59,683 nucleotides of DNA from the NCBI RefSeq assembly GCF_001194135.2, contig NC_068987.1, positions 59,461,750-59,521,432 of the forward strand. Reading direction: 5' to 3'. The position numbers were made by a program, and so were the translations under genes. Positions within the stretch are counted from its first letter, which is position 1; every line of letters begins with the position of its first letter. The notes beneath the pieces were generated by a model. It was not told the DNA's origin, did no database searches, and was given only the letters and a program-made list of their open reading frames with translations. Below are positions 1 through 13,045 of this stretch, piece after piece. This DNA comes from Octopus bimaculoides (Eukaryota).

Positions 1-385
1 TGTTGTTGTTGGCACTCCGTCGCTTACGACGTCGAGGGTTCCAGTTGATCCGATCAACAGAACAGCCTGCTCGTGAAATTAACGTGCAAGTGGCTGAGCA
101 CTCCGCAGACACGTGTACTCTTAACGTCGTTCTCGGGGATATTCAGCATGACACAGTGTGACAAGGCTGACCCTTTGAATTACAGGCACAACAGAAACAG
201 GAAGTAAGAGTGAGAGAAAGTTGTGGTGAAAGAGTACAGCAGGGTTCGCCACCATCCCCTGCCGGAGCCTCGTGGAGCTTTAGGTGTTTTCGCTCAATAA
301 ACACTCACAACGCCCGGTCTGGGAATCGAAACCGCGACCTATGACCGCAAGTCCGCTGCCCTAGCCACTGGGCCATTGCGCCTCC
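1..385 (-). mobile_element. tRNA-derived SINE family A, full length
   Basis: Head ggaggcgcaatggcccagtggctagggc..gtttcgattccc; (CAA)n tail at the window start. Closely matches 1018-1400. Confidence 0.9.
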
Positions 386-669
386 ACCAGGGTAGAGCTT
401 GAAAGATATAAAGTAGTGATGATAAAGTGTCTGGATGGACCTCGAAAGGTACATGAAAGTGACTGAAAGTGAGTGGAAACAGAAGAACAGGAAGTGAGGA
501 TGGGTACAAGTTACTAGAGTGTATGGGAAGAGCGAGGGATGGTTCGAGATGGGGAATGGTTGAGAGACGAAGGGACGAATATAATGAATGAAGAACAAGC
601 GTTGATGAGTGGTCGACGATAAATGTGCATTGGAAAGAAAAAAAAGCAGTAAAGTTACTTTCTCGAGTC

Positions 670-830
670 ATGCAGGTTTATTCATTTTTGCCCGCTGGGT
701 GGACTGGAGCAACCTGAAATAAAATGTTTTACTCAAGAACACAACACGTCGCCGATGTAGGAATCGAAACCACAATCTTACGATCATGAGTCCAACACCC
801 TAACCACTAAGTCACACACCTCCACACGTT
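670..830 (-). mobile_element. SINE 5' fragment (tRNA head + ttgctccagtccac domain)
   Basis: Shares the head and central domain with 19112-19400, 30437-30730, 33745-34086 and 45030-45270. Confidence 0.7.
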
Positions 831-1017
831 GGAAAGAAGGCAGTGAAGAGTAAGTGGTGATAGTAGAGAGTGAGGTGGAGGGTATACGTAACGAATTGGG
901 ACAAGATGATTGTGTGTTGTGGAAATGGTAGAATACGAACGATCAAACTTTCAGCTTGAAGTAAAGCGCATCGTTCACATCGATTTTTGTGACTTAATCT
1001 GTATCTTGAATAGGCGT

Positions 1018-1400
1018 GGAGGCGCAATGGCCCAGTGGTTAGGGCCGCGGACTCGCGGTCATAGGTTCGCGGTTTCGATTCCCACACTGGGCGTTGCGAG
1101 TGCTTATTGCTCGAAAACACCTAAAGCTCCACGAGGCTTCGGTAGGGGATGGTGGCGAACCCAGCTGTACTCTTTCACCACAACTTTCTCTCACTCTTAC
1201 TTCCTGTTTCTGTTGTGCCTGTAATTCAAAGGGTCAGCCATGTCACACTGTGTCACGCTGAATATCTCCGAGAACTACGTTAAGGGTACACGTGTCTGTG
1301 GAGTGCTCAGCCACTTGCACGTTAATTTCACGAGCAGGCTGTTCCGTTGATCGGATCAACTGGAACCCTGGACGTCGTATGCGACGGAGTGCCAACAACT
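1018..1400 (+). mobile_element. tRNA-derived SINE family A, full length
   Basis: Reverse complement of 1-385 with scattered substitutions. Confidence 0.9.
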
Positions 1401-3479
1401 ACTTGAATAGGCAGGGTGTAAGAACCTCACATAGAATGCTTCACTCTGAGTTCAAATCCCGCTAAAGTCAACTTACCCCTTAGTCCTTCTGAGGACCAGT
1501 CGCGGACGATGGATTGGCATATTTGTTAAGTAGGACGGATGAAGCGCCTCTCTGCTTTGACAACGACGTCAAAGTGATGATACTGATGCCAAGCTGTTTT
1601 GGCCTTGCCTTTCCGATGGACGACATTGATGACGCGGAGAGCAGAAACATTCATGAATGGACAACCATCTAAACAAACCTTGTTGATATTTGCACCTTGG
1701 AACGTAACTTTCTAGGTGGATATTCAGAGTCCTACGATATATATATATAATATGAAAAGCATATTAATGAAACACTAGTCTGCATACCATATGGCACATA
1801 AACGAAGCTAGTCAGCCGTTCTGTGGCTTACATTTTATACATCTCGGTAAAGAGAACTATTTAGAAAAGAAGTGGGGAAGGATTTTAAAAAATATATCTT
1901 TAAAAGTTATATTAAAGAAAATTTATTAACCATAAGGAAAAGTGTAATTAATTTATTGCAAAATGTTAATGTAAAATGAAAACCCGAAATAAAATATAAA
2001 CGTGTCATTTGATGACTTTTTAAAGAATTTAAGAGGATAGATTTTACAATATAATTAGTCATAAAAACTTCTTTCATATAACCATATTAAAGGATCTCAA
2101 AAGCTGTAAGGTTCCAATCCGTCATCTAAAAAGCTTTGTTCCATCTTCAGATAGTTGAATCACAGCTGAAAGTGTCAGTATTCTGTTTGACTGCCAGTGA
2201 GCTGTAACCATTCGTAAGACACTTAGCTGGCGAACAGCACAATGCAACTACTTGTAAATAGTCTATATGAGTAACTTCTAACTATGGGAGAGCTGTATAA
2301 TTGACGGTCGAAATTTTTGTTTGCTTGAAATGATGAATTTAAATCCTCCCTATTTAACCCATCACCTGACACTACCAATTCTACCACATCTCTTTTCGCG
2401 CCGAGACATTTATTTCACTTCATCCTTCTCAGAAGTCATTGATTTCGATTACTTCAACGTTTACAGCCCTTCTGCCCCTAACCCCACTCATCCCTTGCAC
2501 ATGCCATCAATATAGGTACCGAATGACTTTAGCACAGAACACATTGTCGTATGCATTCCGACCAGGTCTTTTTTCTGATGATAACTTCCTTACTTCCGTT
2601 TAGGAAGCTCTGGAAAACATCACGAGAACTACACTTCCTCCTTTAACTGAACCATAAAAACGAATATCGTTAGGCAGACATGCATCAGGAGCACTAATTG
2701 AATATAAAGTCAGACCGACAGGCTCCAGTTTCAATAAGCTGAAGTAAAGTCAAGCGGGCAGGCTCGAGATACATTAAATGAATATAAATGTCAAGTGGTG
2801 TTTCTAAAATCAAGTGGGTTATTAAACTAACAAGATGAAAATCATGTATGACATTTGATTAGCTACACCTTTGCAAAAATATGTAGTAAAGAACAAATTC
2901 ATAGACGAATATATCAGTAATGGCAGGGTAGAAGTGGTTTTAGAGCAAAGACTAACGACAAAAACTAAAGGCAGACGGCAATGGCAGAACGCTCGATGAA
3001 ATATCTCTATATATTTAGTGACAGCCATCTACGTTCTGAGAAAAAAAATTTGCTTCGTTCATCTTTATCTTCCGCACCTCTGGTGCTGAAGTCATGCATC
3101 ATTGAAAAGCACTAGTTATGGGTACATCTTTCTGCATTCGGTAATGGGGCTCTGGTTCGCGAGTTCCAGCCTTTTGAGGAGTGCGGAACCACCTCTTAGC
3201 TATTGTTGTTCTCAGATCAGCCATGATCTGGAATTGTAGCACCTGTCAGGGTCACAGCTATAGGCTAAAGTTGCATGTAACCCCACGTGGCAGAATACGT
3301 TCAAATCATGGAATGCAGTATGGGAGATGTGAACTATTTCGGCAGATGAACTTATTGAGTAATGACGAATATCGACAGGTACTGAACAGATGGATAGACA
3401 ACAAACTGTCAACAGTCAGGATCAACCGGTTCAGTTAGTGAACTACTGCTATCATCAGTAGTCGTAGCATGCGCAAATG

Positions 3480-3610
3480 AGATATTTGAGCTAGCGAAAG
3501 ACCAATAGGGCTAAAACCTAGGCCAGGCAGTCATGTCCCATCGCTTGATCGGGATGCTTGGCGTGGAAGAGTTGTATGGATTCGTGCAAGTTACCAGACC
3601 GGATGATGAG
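3480..3610 (+). mobile_element. Possible RTE LINE 3' end
   Basis: LDRDAWRGRVVWIRASYQTG** followed by gatgatga. Confidence 0.35.
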
Positions 3611-4548
3611 TCATGTACGAGACAACTAATGATCCTGTAAATCAGGGATTTTCAACCATCTTTTCTCGATGGACCCTTTGATCCTTAGTTTACGTGAGCG
3701 GATCCTCATAGGCTTTCGATGCGTAAAAAAACCTCATTCAGTAAATAATAATATTTATGAACTTAAAGCTTATAAGCGATCATCGTGTATTGACTACGGA
3801 AAATAGTTTAGCATTGGGGCATATAGGCCCTCGATGGAAAAAAAATGAACTCGATTATTTTCTCTAGTCAATACACGGTGATCGCTAATAAGCTAATAAG
3901 CTAATAAGCTTTAAACTGCCTTAAATCTCTGAAATCACACTCTACCCCCTTAAAAAACAAAGCGAATTCTGGGCACACTATGATTAAAGAATTGACAGAG
4001 TGATGAGGCTTCAACACTTTGGTTCATAAGCCATCAGATTTGATCGTAACTGGTCTGAGGTTAAACAACAGGTCACATGGTGGAGAGGATTCAATTGACT
4101 AAACAATCTTTCCAGACAATTGTACAACCTTGTGCTATAAAATGTAAGAAAATAACCCGAGCACAATCAATGTCAGTTGATAGTTTCTGTTTGACAATGT
4201 CATGCAGCGATAGGTTTGTAGAATAGCAAGTATCTTGAAATGCTATTCACATACATGCTAAATATTTAAACACAACCGATTCACCGAAGTGTCTATCAAA
4301 TTTAGTTTATAGTTAAATCATAGAATATAGTTTTTTCTTCTTATACAACGTTAAGGCATTTGCACTAAATTCATTTCATTCAGGGATAAGATGTCGCTGG
4401 ATATTTATTTTATATTTGTCAAAAAAAATTATAAATATAATAAAATTAAAAATGAATGCAAAACATGCATAAACACACACACAAAAAAAAATGAAACTGA
4501 ATCATACGATTATGACCTTGACAAGAAAAGTTGTAGATAACTCTCGAT

Positions 4549-4550
<2 letters not shown>

Positions 4551-4610
<60 letters not shown>

Positions 4611-4740
4611 ATTGGTAGAGAAGCAGGCATCAGAACGATCAAAAGTATTTTTCTCACTACTGTGAAACTTGAAGTGATGCAATTCTGATGATATGATACC
4701 CAAACCCACCTACACTCGCATACACATACACACGTGTGTG

Positions 4741-4806
<66 letters not shown>

Positions 4807-5022
4807 GCCCTTTCTGTCTGTCTCTGTCTCTGTCTGTCTGTCTAGGCCTCACACTGCGGCCATATTGGGCCACCGCCTTGAAGAATTTTAGTCGAACGAA
4901 TTGACCCCAGTACTTATTTCTTTTTAAAGTCTGGTGCATATTTTATCAATTTATAATATATACACACGTAAGTGTATGTACATGTACGCGCGCACTATCT
5001 AGTGCTAGATAGATAGATATGC

Positions 5023-5117
<95 letters not shown>
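4551..5117. repeat. Microsatellite cluster: (GT)n 4551-4606, (ATCT)n 4742-4806, (CT)n 5024-5117
   Basis: Visible directly. Many more simple repeats elsewhere, e.g. 12169-12263, 12379-12451, 14613-14682, 37266-37314, 48163-48335. Confidence 0.98.
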
Positions 5118-5120
<3 letters not shown>

Positions 5121-5649
5121 CTGTCTCTACTTGTACATACATATGAATTGGGAAGAGTCTTGCTGTGTTTGTGCAATACGGAATTGAAGGTAAATACGAT
5201 GCCTTCTTCATCAGGAATATTGCTAAACAGAGTCATCTTGGCTGCGAAATTATGGATAACTAATTCTAAATAATAGTAGAACCTTTCTTGGTAATAGACT
5301 AGAAGTTTCTGTTGTAATTTAAGAGATGAGAGAGATGCAGGCTGGATGGTGCACAAAATCAACTATGATATTTCTGGTGGTTTTCTTAGTGGTGTTGTAA
5401 TGTTGATAAAGCTCTCATAGATTAAATTCTTAGGCAATATTTGCAATGCATTTTTCCCGTACTGCTTTTGGACAGCTGTAGGCAAACTGATGCGTAGATA
5501 GAGAAGTAACGAGCTTTGGTTTTGAGTAGAATGTGATAAGACATACGTAATGGGATCATTTCCGTCACTCGTTTAGATATCTTAGATGAGTACGTGTTCC
5601 TCCACATACCTAACTAAGACATTTAAACAAGTGCTACCAAAGAACTAGG

Positions 5650-6600
5650 GAAGCTCCGCTAAGTTAGATTACTTACAGTACCAAAGGATTTGTAAAATAG
5701 GTGCTTTAGTAGAGTGGTGTAAGGTGTATGCTTTGGTTAGGTAGTAATTGGATGATCCGATGGGAACAGAAATGGTGAAAGCCTGGTAAAGTTTAGTTTG
5801 GTTGGAAAAAGAGATGTCAGGTAGTCGAAGTGTCAGGGATACAGATAGGTGTGGATACTAAAATGGGAAATCCAAGAAGAGTCGTGATCTTTGAAGTCAC
5901 AGAACATGAAGAATTCAGAGATAGGGGGAGAGAGGGAAATGGAATATATGTTTTCAATACATAAAGTTATATCCTATGGTATTTGAAGGATCTCAAGTAG
6001 AAGCATCAGATAAACGTAAAGTAAGGGAGTAGAGAGATTTGAACTAGGGATAAAATTGTTAAAACAATGGGAGGGTAAAAATCTCTCTCAATATAGTCAG
6101 CATCTAACACTGCGAAGTTTGATTATAGAGATTATCTTGAAAGCCAAAGGAGGGTTAGCAATAGAGAGAGACAGACTTGTGTCTCAAAGAACGTTCAGAG
6201 TGTTCAGAGTGTTCGTCAGTAAATGAAAGTGTGGCCCGACTGCTTGCAACCAAACGAGCTCCCCTAAAGGCTCCTAAGGATCAGATGATGCTGTTAAATA
6301 GATAGGTATGTTTGTCTTCCTGCCAGAGAAGATGAAAATGGGTCATAGTATTTTACGCAGACTCTCCTCTATCTTATACTATCCGTTTGCAATTCGGAGT
6401 AGCGGATGCTCCTAGATGAATTGCTTCATAGTGGCTTGTAGAAGCCAAACTATCTCAGAGGTGGTACTATAGTAGATAATTCCAAGATCTCTAGGAGAGC
6501 AGGTACTCAAATACAAAAAGAGTGAGAAGGGGAGAAGGAGAGATTTTAAAATGAAGAAAGTGGAAAAGAATCGAATACGGAGGGTATGGAACAGATAATT
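5650..6600 (-). mobile_element. Highly decayed LINE sequence (APE endonuclease-like remnant)
   Basis: EFFMFCDFKDHDSSW resembles the APE GDFNxHHxxW motif and VPIGSSNYYL resembles PLGxSDH. Many stops. Confidence 0.4.
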
Positions 6601-7538
6601 GTAATACATTGAATAATAGCAGTAAATTACAATAAGTAACTAAATAGAATGACTAACAGATAAACAAATGAAGAAGGAAATTTGAACGACAATATAGATC
6701 TGGAATGAGGCTAATGTTCCATAATACGTGCTTTTAGTCAAGTTTTAAGGGTTAGTCATTTATGGATTTAAAGTAACTGACTACACAATGGTAAAGCGAA
6801 ATGAAATAAAACCAGAACTTACAAAGGCTCGAGAGAGAAACACTAATAGCATCAATCTTACTGATCTAGGGGTGGCTGCGAAGACCATGAGATCGGCTCC
6901 TTCCTCCAGACTCCACAAGTAAGGAAATACAAAAACGAAAACAGGATTTTGTTCTCGATCAAATAGTTTACAAATAAGCTATAACAAATAGTTTGAATGA
7001 TTGTAAATTTAATTCCATTTCTAATTTTGATCTTTTCATAACGTTTCCTCTAATACTTTATTTTTTGTTTATTTCTCAAGCATGTACGACAATATCTGCA
7101 ACAGTCTGGAAAAATATCAAATATACGGTTGTCCAAAAGAATTAACAGATAAGAATTTACGATGTCATTGTCCATTTCTTAATGGAAACTTCCGAATAGA
7201 CAAACTGCCACTGTCTATTCCAAAATTTGGAGGGTTCGCTGGTCCACTTATCAATGTAAGTACACTGGTTAAAGTCAATGATATTTTTATTCTGTTATAT
7301 TCCATCAGAATTTATTTTAAAACAACTGTGAAAACAATATCCATTCATGAATTTATTTATTTATTAATTTTTTTTAAATACATATTTTACCAGTGAATTT
7401 GTGTGTGTAAACTGGGAATGCATACAATGAGCTTCTCTGCCCTAAGTGTGTGGAAAACACTCGGCAAGAAATGGAAGAAAATTTGAAGAAAGAAGAAAAA
7501 AGACATAATAATAATAATAATAATGATAATAATAATAA

Positions 7539-8495
7539 TCTTATAATAATTCTGCTTGTCATTGCGTTACTTAGCCCATCGATAACGTTTTCACGGGATT
7601 AGAGAAAAAGAGGGAGAGAAAAAGAGGGAGGGAGAAGAAAGAGGGACAGAGAAGTGTCCTCGACATGAGGTAGGGGGAACGTAATTGTAACGCTTTCACC
7701 TGATTAGTTGAAAGGAAAGCGAGGAGAAAGAAAAAGGAAAGAGAAAAAGAGAATAAGGCGAAGAGTGAGACAGAAAGAGGGAGAAAGAAAAAGAGGTAGA
7801 GAGAAGCGTCCATGATGTGATGTAGGGGGAACGTAATATTTATAACGTGGTTTAAAAAGTTAGCTGAAGGTAGAGGAGGAGAGTTAAAAATATAATTTTA
7901 GCAGAGAGGTGATGTTCTGATGGTGAGGTTAAAGAAAGGCAGAGAGACAGACAGACAGAGAACGGTGAGAGTGAGGAGGAGAGAGAGATGATGGTGGTGG
8001 TGGCGTCGGCGGCGGTGGTGGAGGAGGAGATGGAGGTGGTGGTGATCGGATAGTGAAAAGCGTATTTTTAAAAAATTGAACTAAGTTTTTTTAATATCAC
8101 CTATCACTTAACGCATGCGCATAAGTGAAATTCCGTGAAATATTCACTCTTATTTACGCGGCAGATATATGCAATTTAACTAAAGGTTATATTATATGTA
8201 CTGGATAATTTTTGCTGTTTATGGGGAAAATGAAAAAAATAAGAGTGAATATTATTTTATGAGTGCTGTGTATTAAGTTTATAAAATTGTGCATAATATA
8301 TATAAAGTGTATATATATAAAGTGCATTAAGTAATCATTGTATTACAATTTATTTCACCTTTCAAAGAGTAGCAGATGAGCGACTATCTTTCCATACAGA
8401 CACAGGCTACACTTTCAGGTTTTTTGGATAAAGCTTTCAGAAATAAACCAATAAGTTTACCATTCATTCCGTGAAATTTTCACGGGTCCCGCTAG
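7539..8495 (+). mobile_element. Non-autonomous Helitron-like element
   Basis: 3' hairpin CCGTGAAA-t-TTTCACGG (8469-85) then CTAG|T. The candidate 5' end A|TC lies in an (AAT)n tract that resumes after the 3' end. The 5' boundary is less certain than the 3'. Confidence 0.7.
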
Positions 8496-9799
8496 TAATA
8501 ATAATAATGACAGTTTCACTCATAAATCATGGAGAAATATCGCAGTAGAATCTTAGAATGTCAGCAACAGAATGATTTCTAATTTAGGCACAACCCCAGA
8601 ACTTAAAGGGGAGCAGGATAGGTCAGTTACGTCGACCCTAGTACATGACTCGTACTTTATTTTATCGACTCCAAAAGAACGAAAGGTAAAATTGTCCTCA
8701 ACGGAATTTGAACTCAGAACCTAAAGAACCAACAACAGCTGTTCGACACAGCGCCACATGTCAGCAATATTCCGACATAAACGAATGCATAGAGTAGAGT
8801 TTCATCGTTCTGTGCGCGTTTCAGACAAGCCTGGCTGACGACACGGCCATACCAGCCGAGTTTATCTCAAATTGGTAATGCTTCACAGGCTATGAATTGT
8901 AATTTCTCTATAGTTACCGGGTAATACTCGGATTAGTTATTCCTCACCAATAAACAAAACATTTTATTGAACAGCGTTCATGTTCACCAATAACTCTTTA
9001 TGGAATTCAAGGATGAACATTCCACTGGCTGCATTTCCCAAATGGTAGAGCACTGAGCAGTTGACAACATTCCGGTATTAGTCTACACTTCACTCAGGAC
9101 TGACAAATGGTGACCATATCTGTTCATCACCATCTCCGAAGAAGCCGCAATATCAGTGCATTGCTGCGCATCATTATTCAACGCATCTCCAACCGTCCCT
9201 GAAAATGATACTGGTAGAGATGGACTTCCTGACCAGCGAAATATGCTCTTTATATGATACAAAATCCAAAAGAGTAGATGTTCCTGTTAGATTAGTTGCA
9301 ACTTGAGATAAGACATGGCAGTCAGGTGGTCATATGTGGTTAACGTGTTTGTCAGGTGGTTAATGTGTTTGTTCCAAACACATTAACCAGTTTCTGAGCT
9401 GAAAGCCTATCGATTTGTCCTGGTTAACGTTTGTTTCTGTTATCACCTATTTCTTGTACTTGGTTCAATTTCCAACAGGTATGACATCATAATGGTGACG
9501 CTTCCTGCGTATGCCAACATGATTCTCATTTATCCGCTTTCGAGCGAAATGTCTCATAATATACTTAACTTCGGCAGCAGTAGCTCAAGAGCCAATTAAT
9601 ATAGACGTGAGGAGGGAGGGAGCACTTAATTAACTATGCGATACGAGTGAGTTTTTATATGTGGTCATTTAGTTTTACCACCGAAATGTGCATAAAAGCC
9701 ATTTGATCTCTGAAAACTGACTGCATTTAGGAGAGCGTCTAATAACGATGGTCGACTCCATGAAAAGTTACGATTGATCTAAAGACTTATTATCCACTC

Positions 9800-10560
9800 C
9801 CTTTACAAAGTGCTGTTTTGTAGAGTGGGGTCTTGGATAGGTGTACAGAAGACTTCACACATCTGTGTGGTATTGATGACAAGCACCAACCTTTTTGTGT
9901 GCACCTTGACTAAAATCTTCAACACAATTATGGTCCCGAAATTACCAATGATGTTACTCATGAAAGTGCTCTTCTTCAGCATCGTCACCCCCACACAACT
10001 GTTGATGATCTCAGTATGCTATCACTTACGATAGAAACCGCCAAGACTGTAAGGAATGTGTCTAGTATGTGAAGGCAGACCGTCTAAACTCGGAAATATT
10101 CCACTTACATAACCACGAGGTGCCTCTCGTACCTCTACTACAGTTACTGGTTTTGCGTGACATTCTGCCTCTCTTGCTGGGAGTTGTGGAAGGCCATCAC
10201 AGCAGCCGTTATTAAAATGTATCTTTCGCATGTTACTGCTTCTCCCAAATAGTTGAGCAAACTGCTCAGAAAATAAGCGCTCACATCTTCCTGGAATAGG
10301 ATAACAGACGCTTATTGTAGTTTGTAAAAAGACAAATTGGTTTTATTTTTTACGTTGCATCTATGATACTCGTGCCTTTCGAACAGATATCGCTCCTTTG
10401 TTTCTAAAGACATGACATGTGTTAAACCTGGATTACACAATATTTGCGTTTCGCAGCAAAGAGATGGTTGAGCGCAATTTTTTCCGCCACGATATTGGCT
10501 GCGATTCTTTCCTAAAAGTCTCTTCTTATCCGCTGACTAGTCCTCCTTCTAGTCTACTGT
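9800..10560 (-). mobile_element. L1/Tx1-like LINE ORF2 fragment, degenerate (may extend about 8950-11050)
   Basis: FAQLFG..LPQLPAREAECHAKPVTVVEVREA..FPSLDGLP..GVTMLKK..GNFGTIIVLKILVKVHTKRLVLV resembles Tx1 PITxxEV..SPGLDGLP..NFRPITLL..KILAKVLAKRL. Confidence 0.65.
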
Positions 10561-12109
10561 TTTTATACTGGTACTTTTTTGCTGGACCTTATGAACAGTA
10601 CTCTAATTGTCCTCTTTAAAGAATCTAACCTCTGGTTTTTGACGATCGGCCAGTAAACTTCCAACTAACTCGCAAATCCGATAAATGTAATTGATTAGAT
10701 TATCTAAATTGACTGCACAAGTGAGAGACCAGTTCAAACAATGCAAAACAAAACCACAATTCTCTATTTTATGGACCAAGAATAAGTATGTGCTATCCGA
10801 TAGCAGGCAGTGAGCGTTTTTCTGACATAATTTACTCGGCTATTTATAGGAGAATTAGTCATCCGAAAAGGGTGACCTTCAATGTCTACTGTGACTGCCT
10901 TCCGTGACTCTCACTAAGAGAGATTGCTAATTACCCGAAATGTGAACATCGCATGTCATTTCTATCCTCTGACCTAACAGAAGCCTTATAGCTGGATAAC
11001 CCGATGTAGTTTATCCAAGTCCATTGTGGCACGTTCAAGAAATCCGTGCGTTTTATGTCAGACTTTGAGAATAACGCAATTAGCTTTGCGGGACTTGTAT
11101 TCCTTTTTCTCCCAAACCTCGTCGAAGACAACCATAAACACTAATGAGCGGGATGATCCTCAGAATGCTTCTAAACGTCTGAAGAATAATAAAAGCTGTG
11201 CAAACATGAATGAAAAATGAATATTTTGACAGAATTTTTCAAATGCTTAAATCTCATCTCGGTAGCAAGAACATCTGTGCCATTAACATCTGTGCCATTA
11301 ACGCATTTTCCAATGCCAGCCATAACATATGGCTCGATAGAATTAGAATGGAATGAAACAGACCTAGATTTCACGGACCGAAACGTAAATTATCTAAAAA
11401 TAAAAATAAATAAGCTAAAATAAACACCACATACCAAACAATAACTCCGACACGCATTGACTCTGCAACCCAAGAAGATAATGTATCAAGGGGTTATTGA
11501 GTGGCAGTGAGCAATCATTACACTGTGCAATAGATTTCTTTAGTCTTTTTGTCTTTAGTCAGTAAGTGCTATTTCCTATTTGCTTCTATCTAGAAATCAA
11601 AGGAAACGACAGCCATTCCCTGAAACTTTGCTTTTGTCACCTGGACATAAATCATTTGAAACTGACCTATTTTCCATTACATTTCATACAGATTCAGCGC
11701 TGAGTTGCTGAAACAGAAATATCGTTATAGCAAATATTTTGCTCAATAGCACAGATCTGCTTGTCATTTGCTTGTCCATAACCACCTGAGCATGTCCCTT
11801 AGTGGAAGACAATATGTACATCTCTGATGATGAGCAGGAATAGCGGGGAAGCATCATAGCCATGTATTGAGAGAGATTCTTTCGGGTTTCAATAAATGTA
11901 AAGAGAGTAAAGTTTGAAAAATAATATTAGCCGTTTTTTATACTTTCTAGGAGTAAGCATATAGGAAATAACAGTTGCTACCCAAGGACAGAAATCGTGT
12001 ACACAGTGTAATGTTGCCCATTATTTTTCCAACTCACAAGAAGGCTTGCTACATTTCCTTGTGGATTACGATCGTAGAAAAGATAGTAAATCAATCGTTA
12101 GAACAGCAA

Positions 12110-12193
12110 AAATTTCGAACCTGGGTTCTCATTCCTAAGGTATTTTTCGATGTTGTTGTTGTTGTTGTTCTTCTTCTTCTTCTTCTTCTTCTT

Positions 12194-12264
<71 letters not shown>

Positions 12265-12399
12265 GTTGCTGTTGTTGTTACTATTATTACGCCATATGCC
12301 CGTGGGCATATGGCGTAGTGATTAAGAGCGCGGGCTACTAACCTCAAGATTCCGAGTTCGATTCCAGGCAGTGATCTGAATAATAATAATAATAACAAC

Positions 12400-12455
<56 letters not shown>

Positions 12456-12650
12456 CAACAACAACAACATCGAAAAATACCTTAGGAATGAGAACCCAGG
12501 TTCGAAATTTCCCCATGGCACCCGATGAAGGCTGGAGGGTATATCAGCCGAAACGTTGTGTTAACAACAAACAAGATGAGGACAAATATCCGTCAATTGT
12601 AAATAATGTAAATAATGTACATAATTCCTCATCTCTTAAATATAAAACGT
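12110..12650 (+). mobile_element. tRNA-headed, hammerhead-tailed SINE-like element with inverted 5' partial copy
   Basis: A-box-like TGGCGTAGTGA (12311-21) and B-box GAGTTCGATTCC (12354-65), then (AAT)n, then a conserved body with the hammerhead. 12110-12170 is an inverted copy of 12450-12510, with a perfect 14-bp palindrome at 12288-12317. Confidence 0.7.
12518..12561 (+). ncRNA. Minimal (Penelope-type) hammerhead motif, U4C-mutated copy
   Basis: gcac-CCGATGA-A-GGCTG-N10-CAGCC-GAAAC-GTT-gtgt. Sister copies at 52193 and 51952 have CTGATGA. Confidence 0.65.
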
Positions 12651-13045
12651 GAGATTTTAGTTGTTCGATCAAGTGCCTCACTAGGTTTATGAATTAGATT
12701 GTAAACGATCGAGCATTCCACAGATATGTGTATCTTAAACGTGGTTGACTGGCTGAATCGGTGTGACATTGTATGACAAGGCTAGATCTTTGAATTACTG
12801 CTACAATCCATCCTCTGGACTTCCATGAGGTTTTCTCCTAACCAGTTCCACACACAAGGCTTGAATCAACGTGGGACTGTAGAAAAGAGTAACTGCTCGA
12901 CATATATACCACATAGCGGGATTGAACCAGAGATCTCGTGATTATGAAGCGAACTTCTTTATCAATCGGCCATATTGTGTTTACGAATAAAATACCACTA
13001 AGCTACTAAAATATAAACTTGCAGCGGATGAGATATCGAGGTCCC

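Noticed and set aside
12304-12375. tRNA genes at SINE heads (also 1018, 30437, 31727)
   Set aside because: A/B boxes are present but there is no complete cloverleaf, and each continues into a repeat body.
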